From: a virus
Taxonomy: Duplodnaviria > Caudoviricetes
DNA length: 40,142 nt
Reading direction: 5' to 3' (one strand)
Virus record (IMG/VR): IMGVR_UViG_3300032237_000599
Coordinates: 1 to 40,142 of that record
Shown: in pieces, positions 17,461 through 25,504 of the stretch
How positions within the stretch are numbered: the stretch's first letter is position 1
How the letters are laid out: every line of letters starts with the position of its first letter
Program-made: the position numbers and the translations under genes
Notes under the pieces: generated by a model
Told to the model about the DNA's origin: nothing
The model's database searches: none
The model's input: the letters and a program-made list of their open reading frames with translations, nothing else

Positions 17461-18465
17461 TTAGAAATTCATAACCAATTTCTTGATTTTGTTTTTCTCA
17501 GCAGTTAAAACTGGGTCAAAGCCACTTGCGCCAGCCATAAGAGTTTCAGAATTACCACGACCTGTGCGATAGTAATCAAGGCGTTCGGTTAGCGCATTAA
17601 ACGCACCCCATTTTGTTCCCTTGATTGTAGCGTTAGTAGGTGAGTTGTAATAAAGTTCATCAAGCAGAACAATTTTATTTTCCCACTTCTTTAGCGCACC
17701 CTTAGAATCTTTTTCAGGCTTAGGATAGATTGCTTGAACTAACTTAGAAAATTCTGCGTTAGTTATTTCTTGCTCAAACATGGCTTTTGCTTCTACTTCA
17801 AATTCATCAAAGTATCCAAGAGCAAGCCAAAGAGTTTCACGAGCAACAGCGATTCGACCTTCAACAGTTTGTGTATGACGAATCTTGAAAGATTGCTTAG
17901 CATTACGCATGGCAAGATTCAAAGTATTTTGGCAAACAACACGAACAGGTGTAACGGCTGCTTGAACAGCAACAGAGCCGTCATGTGATGTCCAAACAAT
18001 TAAATAAAGTTTAGTTTCATCATTAGCACCTTGTGGGTCTAATACCATTGTGCGTGGAATGTCCACAGTTCCGAAAACTACTTTACCCTTTTTCAAAGAG
18101 CCAGCAGATTCCCAACGGCAATTAGGGTCGGTATCGTGAATAGCGTCAGCAAACGCAAACAGTTCCTCATTTTGAACAGGAACATAACGCTTTCCAACAG
18201 TAGCAAGAACATCAGTTCCCCCATTGAATGGATTAGTACGAACAACTAATTGAGAATTAGAAACATCATTCCAAGACTCATCAATGTGATTTGTAATTGG
18301 AGAAAGTCGAACATTCCAATTAGATAGTTTTGCTTGTTCTAGCATTGTTGTGGTTGTAACGACCTCATCTTGTGTAAAGATACGATTAGCAAGATTGTGC
18401 CAAGCAGGTGCGCCACGCAAGGCGAAAGCAACTTCGCCATTTTCAGTTTCTAGATTATGAGCCAT
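17461..18465 (-). CDS. DUF932 (TIGR03299-type) phage/plasmid protein
   Basis: PAWH, VGKRYVPVQNEE, ESAGSL, SHDGS, PVRVVCQNTL, IRHT, GTKWGAFNALTE. Confidence 0.88.
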   Translation of the reverse strand: MAHNLETENGEVAFALRGAPAWHNLANRIFTQDEVVTTTTMLEQAKLSNWNVRLSPITNHIDESWNDVSNSQLVVRTNPFNGGTDVLATVGKRYVPVQNEELFAFADAIHDTDPNCRWESAGSLKKGKVVFGTVDIPRTMVLDPQGANDETKLYLIVWTSHDGSVAVQAAVTPVRVVCQNTLNLAMRNAKQSFKIRHTQTVEGRIAVARETLWLALGYFDEFEVEAKAMFEQEITNAEFSKLVQAIYPKPEKDSKGALKKWENKIVLLDELYYNSPTNATIKGTKWGAFNALTERLDYYRTGRGNSETLMAGASGFDPVLTAEKNKIKKLVMNF

Positions 18466-18672
18466 TTTTTTTCCTTTCGATTGGTTGATTGGATTTAGTA
18501 TAACATAGGGGTCTGACATTTACTAGTCTTGGGAGTCATTTGTCCAAATTATGCCATGTGATGAATCTCACAAATTTCTAGGCGTTTTCCACAGGCACCC
18601 GTAAGGCTGTGGATAACCCCCCACTATTGGGGGCAGGAAAGCTGGGGCAGGAATAAGATCCCGCCCCAAGAC

Positions 18673-18933
18673 TTATGCTAAACCAATTTCTTTAGCGGTT
18701 AATACTTTATACTTATTTATTTTATTTACAGTTGTTTCATCAATTATAAGAGCGGTTGTTTTCTTTTTCTTTATGCTATCAAAAACATACGCCTTTACTT
18801 GTCCTTGAAATCTGCGAAGGTTTGAGAATACAATTTCAGTTAAGTATTCTTTATCAACGCCTTGTTCTGAATAGATTGTTAAATCATTTGCTTTATTTGC
18901 GTCATAGATTTCTACACGAAAACGATTTTTCAT
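18673..18933 (-). CDS. hypothetical protein
   Basis: ORF track. Confidence 0.7.
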   Translation of the reverse strand: MKNRFRVEIYDANKANDLTIYSEQGVDKEYLTEIVFSNLRRFQGQVKAYVFDSIKKKKTTALIIDETTVNKINKYKVLTAKEIGLA

Positions 18934-19004
18934 TTTGTTACTTTCTGTTAGTAGGTATAAGAATTATAACATTGGGGGCTAGAGTTTGTCTAGCCCCCTA
19001 ATTA

Positions 19005-19187
19005 TTAAGCCCCGATTTTTACCATAGCCCAGCGAAGTCCGTTTTCTGTTTGTAGCCCTAGTTTAGTTAATGTTGGGCGGATAGAAACGATTTCGCTAAT
19101 TGTGCCAGTAATACCAGACTTTCCTGTTGTAAAGACATCTCCCTTTTTATAGAAGCGACCTTTAGCAGTATCTAGAATTGGTGACAT
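19005..19187 (-). CDS. small beta-barrel-like protein
   Basis: GDVFTTGKSGITGTI; similar to 19757 ORF. Confidence 0.7.
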   Translation of the reverse strand: MSPILDTAKGRFYKKGDVFTTGKSGITGTISEIVSIRPTLTKLGLQTENGLRWAMVKIGA

Positions 19188-19251
19188 TTTATTTCCTTTC
19201 GTTAGTTGGGTTGGTTGAGCAGTTTTAACACTTGCTCAGGTGTTGGTTTAT

Positions 19252-19674
19252 TTAGAGATACTGCGCTACTGCGTTGTAAGTTGAGGTATTTACAGTTTCC
19301 TCATCTGTCATTTTGAGAATACGAATTGCGTTTTCGATTTCGTTTTTCATCTCACGATAAGTGTGCTGATGAATTGTCTCAAAATCTTTTGTAGGCTCAA
19401 CAGGAAAATTGCTTTCCTCTGTGATGATGTCAAAATCTACATTGAGAGTCTTGTTCCATGAACGATAGTTTGTTCTGATGTTCTCAGCCTTTGAGAATTG
19501 ACCAATAGCCCACTTGCCGATTTCCTTCTGCCAAGCCTTGTACGCCTTTTGATACTTTGCTTCGTTTGCTTCTTGTGCTTCGTAGTCCTTAGTTAGTTGT
19601 GCTAACTTAGTTTCTAGTGCCTTGATGATTTTAGGTGTTGCGATTTTAACTGAGATTGCTTTTCCTCTAGCCAT
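19252..19674 (-). CDS. hypothetical helical protein
   Basis: ORF track, GAGGA RBS. Confidence 0.8.
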   Translation of the reverse strand: MARGKAISVKIATPKIIKALETKLAQLTKDYEAQEANEAKYQKAYKAWQKEIGKWAIGQFSKAENIRTNYRSWNKTLNVDFDIITEESNFPVEPTKDFETIHQHTYREMKNEIENAIRILKMTDEETVNTSTYNAVAQYL

Positions 19675-19756
19675 TTATTTTCCTCTTTCAGTAGGTTGGT
19701 TTGTTAGTTGTATTGTAGCAGGGGCTACTGACAATTTGGTAGCCCCTGCCATTTGA

Positions 19757-19915
19757 TTAGTTAGTTACGCTAGTCCAGCGTTCTGTTCCGCTTACATCAA
19801 GCAAGACACGGCTTACACCGCTTGGGTGATTGTCAATAGCCTTGACAATTCCTGTTACTCCGCTTGTTGTAGTTGTGTAGGTCTGTCCGACCTCTAGTGT
19901 TGATTGTGTTGTCAT
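19757..19915 (-). CDS. small beta-barrel-like protein
   Basis: GQTYTTTTSGVTGIV; AACGAAAGG RBS. Confidence 0.7.
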   Translation of the reverse strand: MTTQSTLEVGQTYTTTTSGVTGIVKAIDNHPSGVSRVLLDVSGTERWTSVTN

Positions 19916-19996
19916 TTTGTTTCCTTTCGTTAGGGGTTTTATTATACAGGGTAGGTCTGACATTTTCTACCCTAATCTCATTATTTAAGTGTGACT

Positions 19997-20263
19997 TTAG
20001 TCACACTCAGGTAGCCATGCGTGTAAGTGGTGTTGGTCAATAATCGCATGAGCGGGTGCGTGTTTTTCTCCACGATAGAATACGCCTTCAGGCATTTCGA
20101 TCAGTTTATTAAAGTCCTCATCATAGTATGCGTCAATAGCCTCAATACAAGGTTCGACCATAGAAAGCGGAACGGGAGGATAGTGGTTACTTTGTAAGTG
20201 AATAGATAAAGCCATTTCTAAGTCTAATTCCTCAGATAGGTCTAGTGCTGTGTTGTATCCCAT
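19997..20263 (-). CDS. hypothetical protein
   Basis: HLQSNHYPPVP..HHL; ORF track. Confidence 0.75.
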   Translation of the reverse strand: MGYNTALDLSEELDLEMALSIHLQSNHYPPVPLSMVEPCIEAIDAYYDEDFNKLIEMPEGVFYRGEKHAPAHAIIDQHHLHAWLPECD

Positions 20264-20266
20264 TTA

Positions 20267-20539
20267 TTAGTTCTCCTCTAAGATAGTTTCGGTTAGTTCG
20301 TCTAATTCCTGTATTGTATCGCATAGGTCTGACATTTGTTGTTCAGTTAGCAATACCTTAGTTACGCTATCTGCTACTTTACTAGCAAGAGCAGATGAAT
20401 ACATAAATAAGTATTTAGCATAAGTTTCATCGTCTAGGTCATTTCTGCGAGTGTGTAATTCTCCAGCTAAACCCATTATGTCCTCATTAAAGACAGATGA
20501 TTTGGTTGCGTCTAATAAAGCGGTTGCGGTTGATAGCAT
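20267..20539 (-). CDS. hypothetical protein
   Basis: ORF track. Confidence 0.75.
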   Translation of the reverse strand: MLSTATALLDATKSSVFNEDIMGLAGELHTRRNDLDDETYAKYLFMYSSALASKVADSVTKVLLTEQQMSDLCDTIQELDELTETILEEN

Positions 20540-20742
20540 TACTCTGCCACCTTTAGAATAGCGTATGAGCCATTTTCGTTAATCTCATCAAGGATGGGTT
20601 GTAGGCGTGGTGCTACTAAAGACTTCAGCATACCTTCGAGCATTTGGATACGCATTGACTCAGGTAAAGACATTACCTGTTCAGTAATTGGGTGTCCTTC
20701 GGCAAACTCTGTTACAAACTTAAGCGAGTGTTGGATTTTCAT
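20539..20742 (-). CDS. hypothetical protein
   Basis: AACGAAAGG RBS before MKIQHS. Confidence 0.7.
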   Translation of the reverse strand: MKIQHSLKFVTEFAEGHPITEQVMSLPESMRIQMLEGMLKSLVAPRLQPILDEINENGSYAILKVAE

Positions 20743-21151
20743 TTGATACCTTTCGTTGTTGGAATAAGAGTATTTTAGCATAGCCCACCGACATTTTTCG
20801 CAACACGCCCCTGTTTATTTGATTTATTTTTGTGATAAACCTCACAAATTCCAGGGTGTGTCGTAACTTGACGTAAGGCAAGTTTTGCCCCCACAACTAT
20901 GAGGGCGGTGTGAGAAATATCACATCGATTTAAAAATAGCCCATATAGCTACTAGGAAGGGCCCTACAATAATTCCAATAAGGCCCCCCAGTGTGATCAT
21001 AGCAGCGATATTAATAAACGTGTCCATTATTTATTTCTCCCAGGACAATCTTCATGAAAATAAGTTATTAGCATATGATCAGGATCCGTTGTTGTTGCTC
21101 CGCATGCATGACATGACCATGATTCTTTTTTGTTAGACATTTTATTTCTCC

Positions 21152-21874
21152 TTATTTTTTAGTTGCGCTAAATCTAATATCTGCTTTTCCATAAACACAC
21201 AATCCGCATGACACGCATGCAGACCCATTGCTTGAAATTAGCGGAATGCTTTTCATGTTCTCAGGACATTTAGCGCCAGGCTTTCCCGTTAATTCTTTCA
21301 TTGTGTTTTCGGTAACGGCGAAAGTCTTTCCCAAATATGCAAGGCGGATACCAGAATTTAGTTTTAAGTCATGAGCAATATCTTTATTATCATCATCCGT
21401 AGAATAGTACAGTGAGAGATTAGATATATCTTTTAGAATAATAGCAGCAGACTTAACACGAGTATATACCCAAAATTGAACATCAGGGTAATTAGCAATA
21501 ACAGTCTTCCATGCATATGCATAAGTATCGTTAAAGAAATCTCCGTCCCAGTGGATACGGAATAATTTAGGCGCATTCTTCTTATCACAATCATTGACAA
21601 AATCAACAATCATCTCATCAAGCAATAGCAACATGGTATCCATATCCGCATTGCGTAGCAATTCCCAATTGTGTAGCAGGTTAACCTTAACACCCTTGAA
21701 CAGTTTTTCTAACTTGCCTGCATAGCATACGCTTTCGCATATGCTAGTAGCGCCAGGGCATGAAAATTCTTTTCCTGCAGGCAATCCGAAAGTGTTAGCA
21801 ATTGCAGCCTGCTTGCCATTCTTAGTGACAAGGTTAGCGACTTTTCTATCGTTAGAGCGTTTTAGTTTAGACAA
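21152..21874 (-). CDS. Gp88-like (radical-SAM-like Fe-S) protein; start uncertain
   Basis: FGLPAG..CPGATSICESVCYA, FRIHWDGDF, FWVYTR, C-terminal CP..CVSCGLC. Confidence 0.8.
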   Translation of the reverse strand: MSKLKRSNDRKVANLVTKNGKQAAIANTFGLPAGKEFSCPGATSICESVCYAGKLEKLFKGVKVNLLHNWELLRNADMDTMLLLLDEMIVDFVNDCDKKNAPKLFRIHWDGDFFNDTYAYAWKTVIANYPDVQFWVYTRVKSAAIILKDISNLSLYYSTDDDNKDIAHDLKLNSGIRLAYLGKTFAVTENTMKELTGKPGAKCPENMKSIPLISSNGSACVSCGLCVYGKADIRFSATKK

Positions 21875-22028
21875 GGTGAAAGTAATCCTCTCGCTCAGAT
21901 AATTCCATAAATCCTTTTTCGGCAGACCATTCGAAATAGTGTTCCGCACACAATTCGTTAGGAATTACAGAATAGGAATTAGTAGTAGCATTACACACCG
22001 CACACAAGGCTTCGATTAAGTTACCCAC
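21867..22028 (-). CDS. small zinc-binding protein (53 aa)
   Basis: AAACGAAAGG RBS, GTG start, CAVC...CAEH. Confidence 0.6.
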   Translation of the reverse strand: MGNLIEALCAVCNATTNSYSVIPNELCAEHYFEWSAEKGFMELSEREDYFHLV

Positions 22029-22168
22029 AGTTTTTACCTTTCGTTTGAATTAAGAGAATAGTACCATGCGCCACCGACAAATAAAAATCGACACGCCGTG
22101 AATTTTGTGGGGAAAATCACAATGTGTCTTAAATCACATTTTGCCCCCACATCTTTGGGGGCAGCTGA

Positions 22169-22306
22169 TCATTGTGTCAAGTCAACACGCCGCTTGTGTT
22201 TTGTTTTTCTAGAATATTTTTTCTTATTGCGAACAGGCGTTGCGGCATTTGATCTCCGCAACTCCTGAATGCGTTTTACTTTATCTCGAAGTGAAGTTTG
22301 GAACAT
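22169..22306 (-). CDS. small basic peptide (45 aa), loosely ArfA-like
   Basis: MFQTSLRDKVKRIQELRRSNAATPVRNKKKYSRKTKHKRRVDLTQ. Confidence 0.55.
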   Translation of the reverse strand: MFQTSLRDKVKRIQELRRSNAATPVRNKKKYSRKTKHKRRVDLTQ

Positions 22307-22472
22307 TATAATTGCTCGCTTCATGAAATCGCTTTACATCAAATCTCGGATTATCTTTCGCAAACATTTCTGCGAAATCATTTACGATTTTAGAAAATAA
22401 AGCAGGGTGAGTTTTATTGCTCGCATACTTTAAAATTTCTGCGGTTGCTACATAGTCTTTGCGTGTCATCAT
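22281..22472 (-). CDS. hypothetical phage protein
   Basis: MTRKDY..A..DNPRFD..RF. Confidence 0.75.
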   Translation of the reverse strand: MMTRKDYVATAEILKYASNKTHPALFSKIVNDFAEMFAKDNPRFDVKRFHEASNYNVPNFTSR

Positions 22473-22473
22473 T

Positions 22474-22665
22474 TTAATTTTCCATTTCTTTTAGTAGTTT
22501 AGCATTTCCAAATCTATCTGACTTTAAAGATAGTTCGCAATCTTTACATTGCCACTCATAGCGAACGCCATTTGAGGCAATCGCCCAGTGTGACATTTTA
22601 CCAGAACACACGAAACAGTAAACAGCAATTTTTTGCCCTAATCCGCCTATTGTAATTGTAGCCAT
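22474..22665 (-). CDS. small zinc-ribbon protein
   Basis: CFVC...CKDC. Confidence 0.65.
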   Translation of the reverse strand: MATITIGGLGQKIAVYCFVCSGKMSHWAIASNGVRYEWQCKDCELSLKSDRFGNAKLLKEMEN

Positions 22666-22871
22666 TATTTAGTTACTACCTTTCGACCTTCACGATAAAA
22701 AACTTTTGTATACATTTTGCCAGTCGGCATTAAGAGATTAACTGTTGAGTATTCGTTAGCAAATCCCCAGTCGGTGAATGCTAAAAAATCAGTGAATGCT
22801 TGTAGGGCATCATCATAGTTTTTATTCCAGTGGATAGGCTTGCTATCGTAGGCAATAGTAATTTGATACAT
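22665..22871 (-). CDS. hypothetical protein
   Basis: ORF track, AAGGAG RBS. Confidence 0.7.
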   Translation of the reverse strand: MYQITIAYDSKPIHWNKNYDDALQAFTDFLAFTDWGFANEYSTVNLLMPTGKMYTKVFYREGRKVVTK

Positions 22872-23005
22872 TAGTAAATCTCCTTACCTTCAGCGCATTC
22901 GCATTGTTCTACATCATAATTATTTTCGTCACCGAAAAAAATAAATCCAGCACCACCGCATTCGTCACAAGCAACTGCGATAATTTCTTTTATGTCTTTA
23001 ACCAT
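22871..23005 (-). CDS. small Cys-rich protein (44 aa)
   Basis: CDECGGAG...CEC; AAACGAAAGGAA RBS. Confidence 0.65.
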   Translation of the reverse strand: MVKDIKEIIAVACDECGGAGFIFFGDENNYDVEQCECAEGKEIY

Positions 23006-23060
23006 TATTAGTTTTCCTTTCGTTTGTTTGTTTAGTTATTGTACCGCAAGGGTCTGACAA

Positions 23061-23261
23061 TTAGTCAGACACCTTAACGGCTACTGTGCGATAAGTATAA
23101 CCACCATAAGGCTTGCGTACTTCTACAAGATACGCTTCTGCGCCGTCATAGTGTAAGCAAGCAGGGTGTTTTTCCGCTGAGATAATTTCGCCTGTTAGTG
23201 TGCGAGAGTGGTATTGTGTTCCTACAAGTAGGTTTTCGATTGAGTATACATTTGCTGACAT
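23061..23261 (-). CDS. hypothetical protein
   Basis: AAACGAAAGG RBS before MSANVY. Confidence 0.7.
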   Translation of the reverse strand: MSANVYSIENLLVGTQYHSRTLTGEIISAEKHPACLHYDGAEAYLVEVRKPYGGYTYRTVAVKVSD

Positions 23262-23477
23262 AGTGTCACCTTTCGTTTGTTGATAGTCGCAATTATAGCC
23301 TACGGCACTGACATTTTTCAAATCCAAATTTAATTTTCTCAAATAGTAAGACGGCGTGTCGTGTGATTAATCTCACAAAAATTCCAGGGGGTGTGGATAA
23401 CTTTCCTTAACCTGTGGATAACCCCCACATCTTTGGGGGCGAATCAGCTTTTGTCAAGCCGACACGCCCAAGATTAG

Positions 23478-23687
23478 TTAATAATCTTCATCCATTCCAA
23501 ATCCAGCGGAAGCAAGGGCGTCAGAATCAGCCCAGCCAGTCAGTTCATAGAATTCCATTTCTTCGGAATCATAGCATTCAGCACAGGTGTAATCATCACC
23601 ATAGATTTCGTATTCTTCAATAGAATCGAAAGTTTCTTGAGCACCACAAATTTCGTAGTTCAAGCAAGCAACTGTAAATAGTTCCAT
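23478..23687 (-). CDS. very acidic small protein
   Basis: AAACGAAAGG RBS; ends DALASAGFGMDEDY. Confidence 0.7.
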   Translation of the reverse strand: MELFTVACLNYEICGAQETFDSIEEYEIYGDDYTCAECYDSEEMEFYELTGWADSDALASAGFGMDEDY

Positions 23688-23853
23688 TTTAAAGCCTTTC
23701 GTTTGATTTAAGGGAATAATAACATAGTCAACTGACATTTACAAGCGACACGCCCAAAATTCAGGGGATTTATCTATGTGATCTTAACCACATTTTCGCC
23801 CCCACATCTTTGGGGGCGCATTGCCTTTTGTCAAGGCGACACGCCGATAGATT

Positions 23854-24045
23854 TTAAATTCTTTCGTTTTCTTTTATCGCATCTTCAAAATCTAAAAGCG
23901 ATTGATGATAAGCAACGGGGTCACACTCTCGCAAAATTTGTGACGGATAAAATTTTAAATTTCCAATTTCAAAAACTGGATAAGATTCGTCAAGCATTTC
24001 ATCAAACCAAGTTTTTATTTCAAAAGCGATTTCAAAATCTAACAT
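23854..24045 (-). CDS. acidic hypothetical protein
   Basis: FDEMLDESY..SQILRECDPVAY. Confidence 0.7.
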   Translation of the reverse strand: MLDFEIAFEIKTWFDEMLDESYPVFEIGNLKFYPSQILRECDPVAYHQSLLDFEDAIKENERI

Positions 24046-24313
24046 TTATTTCTCCATTACTCTAATAATTATGTCAAAATCTTTTTCGGATAATAAAACT
24101 TTAGCAGACCCCCAAAGTGCTGACATCCAATGTTCAGCGTATTTTTCTGTTGCTAATTTTTCTGCTAAATTTCTTTTTTCATCTAAAGTCATTAGATAGC
24201 ACCTTCCTGAAATAAACCAATTTCAAAATCTAATAATTCTTGAGGAGTTGAGTCGGCTAAATCAACCCACTCAACGCCCATTTCGTCAATACGAGCAAAT
24301 TCGATAAATCCCA

Positions 24314-24427
24314 TTAGTTGCTACCTTCTTTCTTTTCTGTAATTGTAGCGGATAGGACTGACAAAGCCTGAGCCTTGCTTGCTTCACGTTGTGCGATAAC
24401 GTGAGCCTTGAATTCATCTAGGTTCAT
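24314..24427 (-). CDS. small hypothetical protein (37 aa)
   Basis: MNLDEFKAHVIAQREASKAQALSVLSATI; promoter at 24463-24484. Confidence 0.6.
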   Translation of the reverse strand: MNLDEFKAHVIAQREASKAQALSVLSATITEKKEGSN

Positions 24428-25252
24428 TTCTGACCTTCTTTCTGTGTTGTTGTTATAGTGGAATTGTAGCATGTGGGACTGACATTTTTGGGACTTTCTT
24501 CGGCGTGTCGGAAATCTTTTTTTTGTGTTTAATCTCACACAAATTCCAGGGGTTTTCCACAACTGTGTATAAAGCTGTGGATAACGCCCCCAAAAAGATG
24601 GGGGCCAGCTGTCGCCCTGTCAAGGCGACACGCCGTTACCCTAGTGTGATTTATCCCACTCTCGGAAATCCGCTACGATCTCCCGCCACATCATGCGCCC
24701 CATATATAGGGCGGGTACGATAAGGGCTATCTGTACTAGGCTAGTTAGTAAGCGATTAAGTGTCATTTAGTATCTACCTCTCTAATATTGTAAGTGAAAC
24801 CTTTACCTAATTTATTTAGTTCAGCAATTACCGCTAAGATTTCTTCAGGCTTACTAGCCTTTTGATTAACGGCTAATAGGTTAGAGCCTTGCCATAGTGT
24901 ATAAGTGATAGTCATTTATTAGTTATCCCAATCTAGTGTTAGTTCATCATCATCATCAAAGTTATCAGTTAAGACATCGCCATTAGCGATAGCCTCTTCC
25001 CATGCTAGGTTTTCTTCTAAGCCTAAGTACATATCGCTTACATCTAATTGGATAGTGTCCCATTTAGTCATCATTTATTTTATTCTTTCGTTAGTAGTTA
25101 TAGTAGGAATTGTAGCCGATAGGTCTGACATTTAGTAGCGACACGCCGTTAGGCGTTAGTGTGATTATGCTCACACTTAGCCTCTATCTCATGTCCAAAC
25201 TCTTCTACGAGTTCTTCATAGACATCATCTATGTAGTCTAGGTAATCGTTCA

Positions 25253-25504
25253 TTAGCGACCCTCCCAACTTCTAGTAGTAGCGTACACTACGCTATTGCG
25301 TGGTGTGTATTCAATTTCTACTAGATTAGTTTCTAGTATTGTGCCTCTAAGGGCTAAGAGGTCTAAGTAATTGTTAGCCTCAATTTCTGAATTAAAAATA
25401 ATTCCTAAGCAAGTGCTAAACTCTTTCATGAGAGGATAAGCAGGGTTAGTGTTGTATTCAACACGATAGGATAACTTGTATCCTTTTTCTTTTAATGAGT
25501 TCAT
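25253..25504 (-). CDS. hypothetical protein, first gene of the - strand island
   Basis: AAAGGAG RBS; promoter at 25551-25572. Confidence 0.7.
   Translation of the reverse strand: MNSLKEKGYKLSYRVEYNTNPAYPLMKEFSTCLGIIFNSEIEANNYLDLLALRGTILETNLVEIEYTPRNSVVYATTRSWEGR

Larger units (their letters stand above)
11940..24605. repeat. dispersed ~60-bp fixed-spacing scaffold repeat (about 10 copies)
   Basis: TTCAGGG-like 7-mer, N16, C(G/T)TAA, then GCCCCCA-N4-6-TGGGGGC; copies at 11940, 12085, 15531, 17256, 18577, 20849, 22105, 23383, 23760, 24545. Confidence 0.75.

Noticed and set aside
22143-23817. CCCCCACATCTTTGGG as an NrdR box
   Set aside because: Lacks the conserved G at position 13, the palindrome is too long, other copies do not fit, and it is not near nrdJ
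16730-24562. Extended N-termini in the ORF track (MSVEHATI, MSDPYVIL, MSDLPCII, MSVDYVII)
   Set aside because: These ATGs are the ATGTCAG of the promoter motif; the likely starts follow the downstream RBS
11940-24605. CRISPR array or integron attC interpretation of the repeats
   Set aside because: Copies are 0.1-3.5 kb apart and degenerate, with no uniform spacers, no attC R/L box pattern, and no cas or integrase gene in the window
23414-24723. + strand ORFs 23414, 23778 and 24505
   Set aside because: They run through motif arrays and antisense to - strand genes, with no RBS
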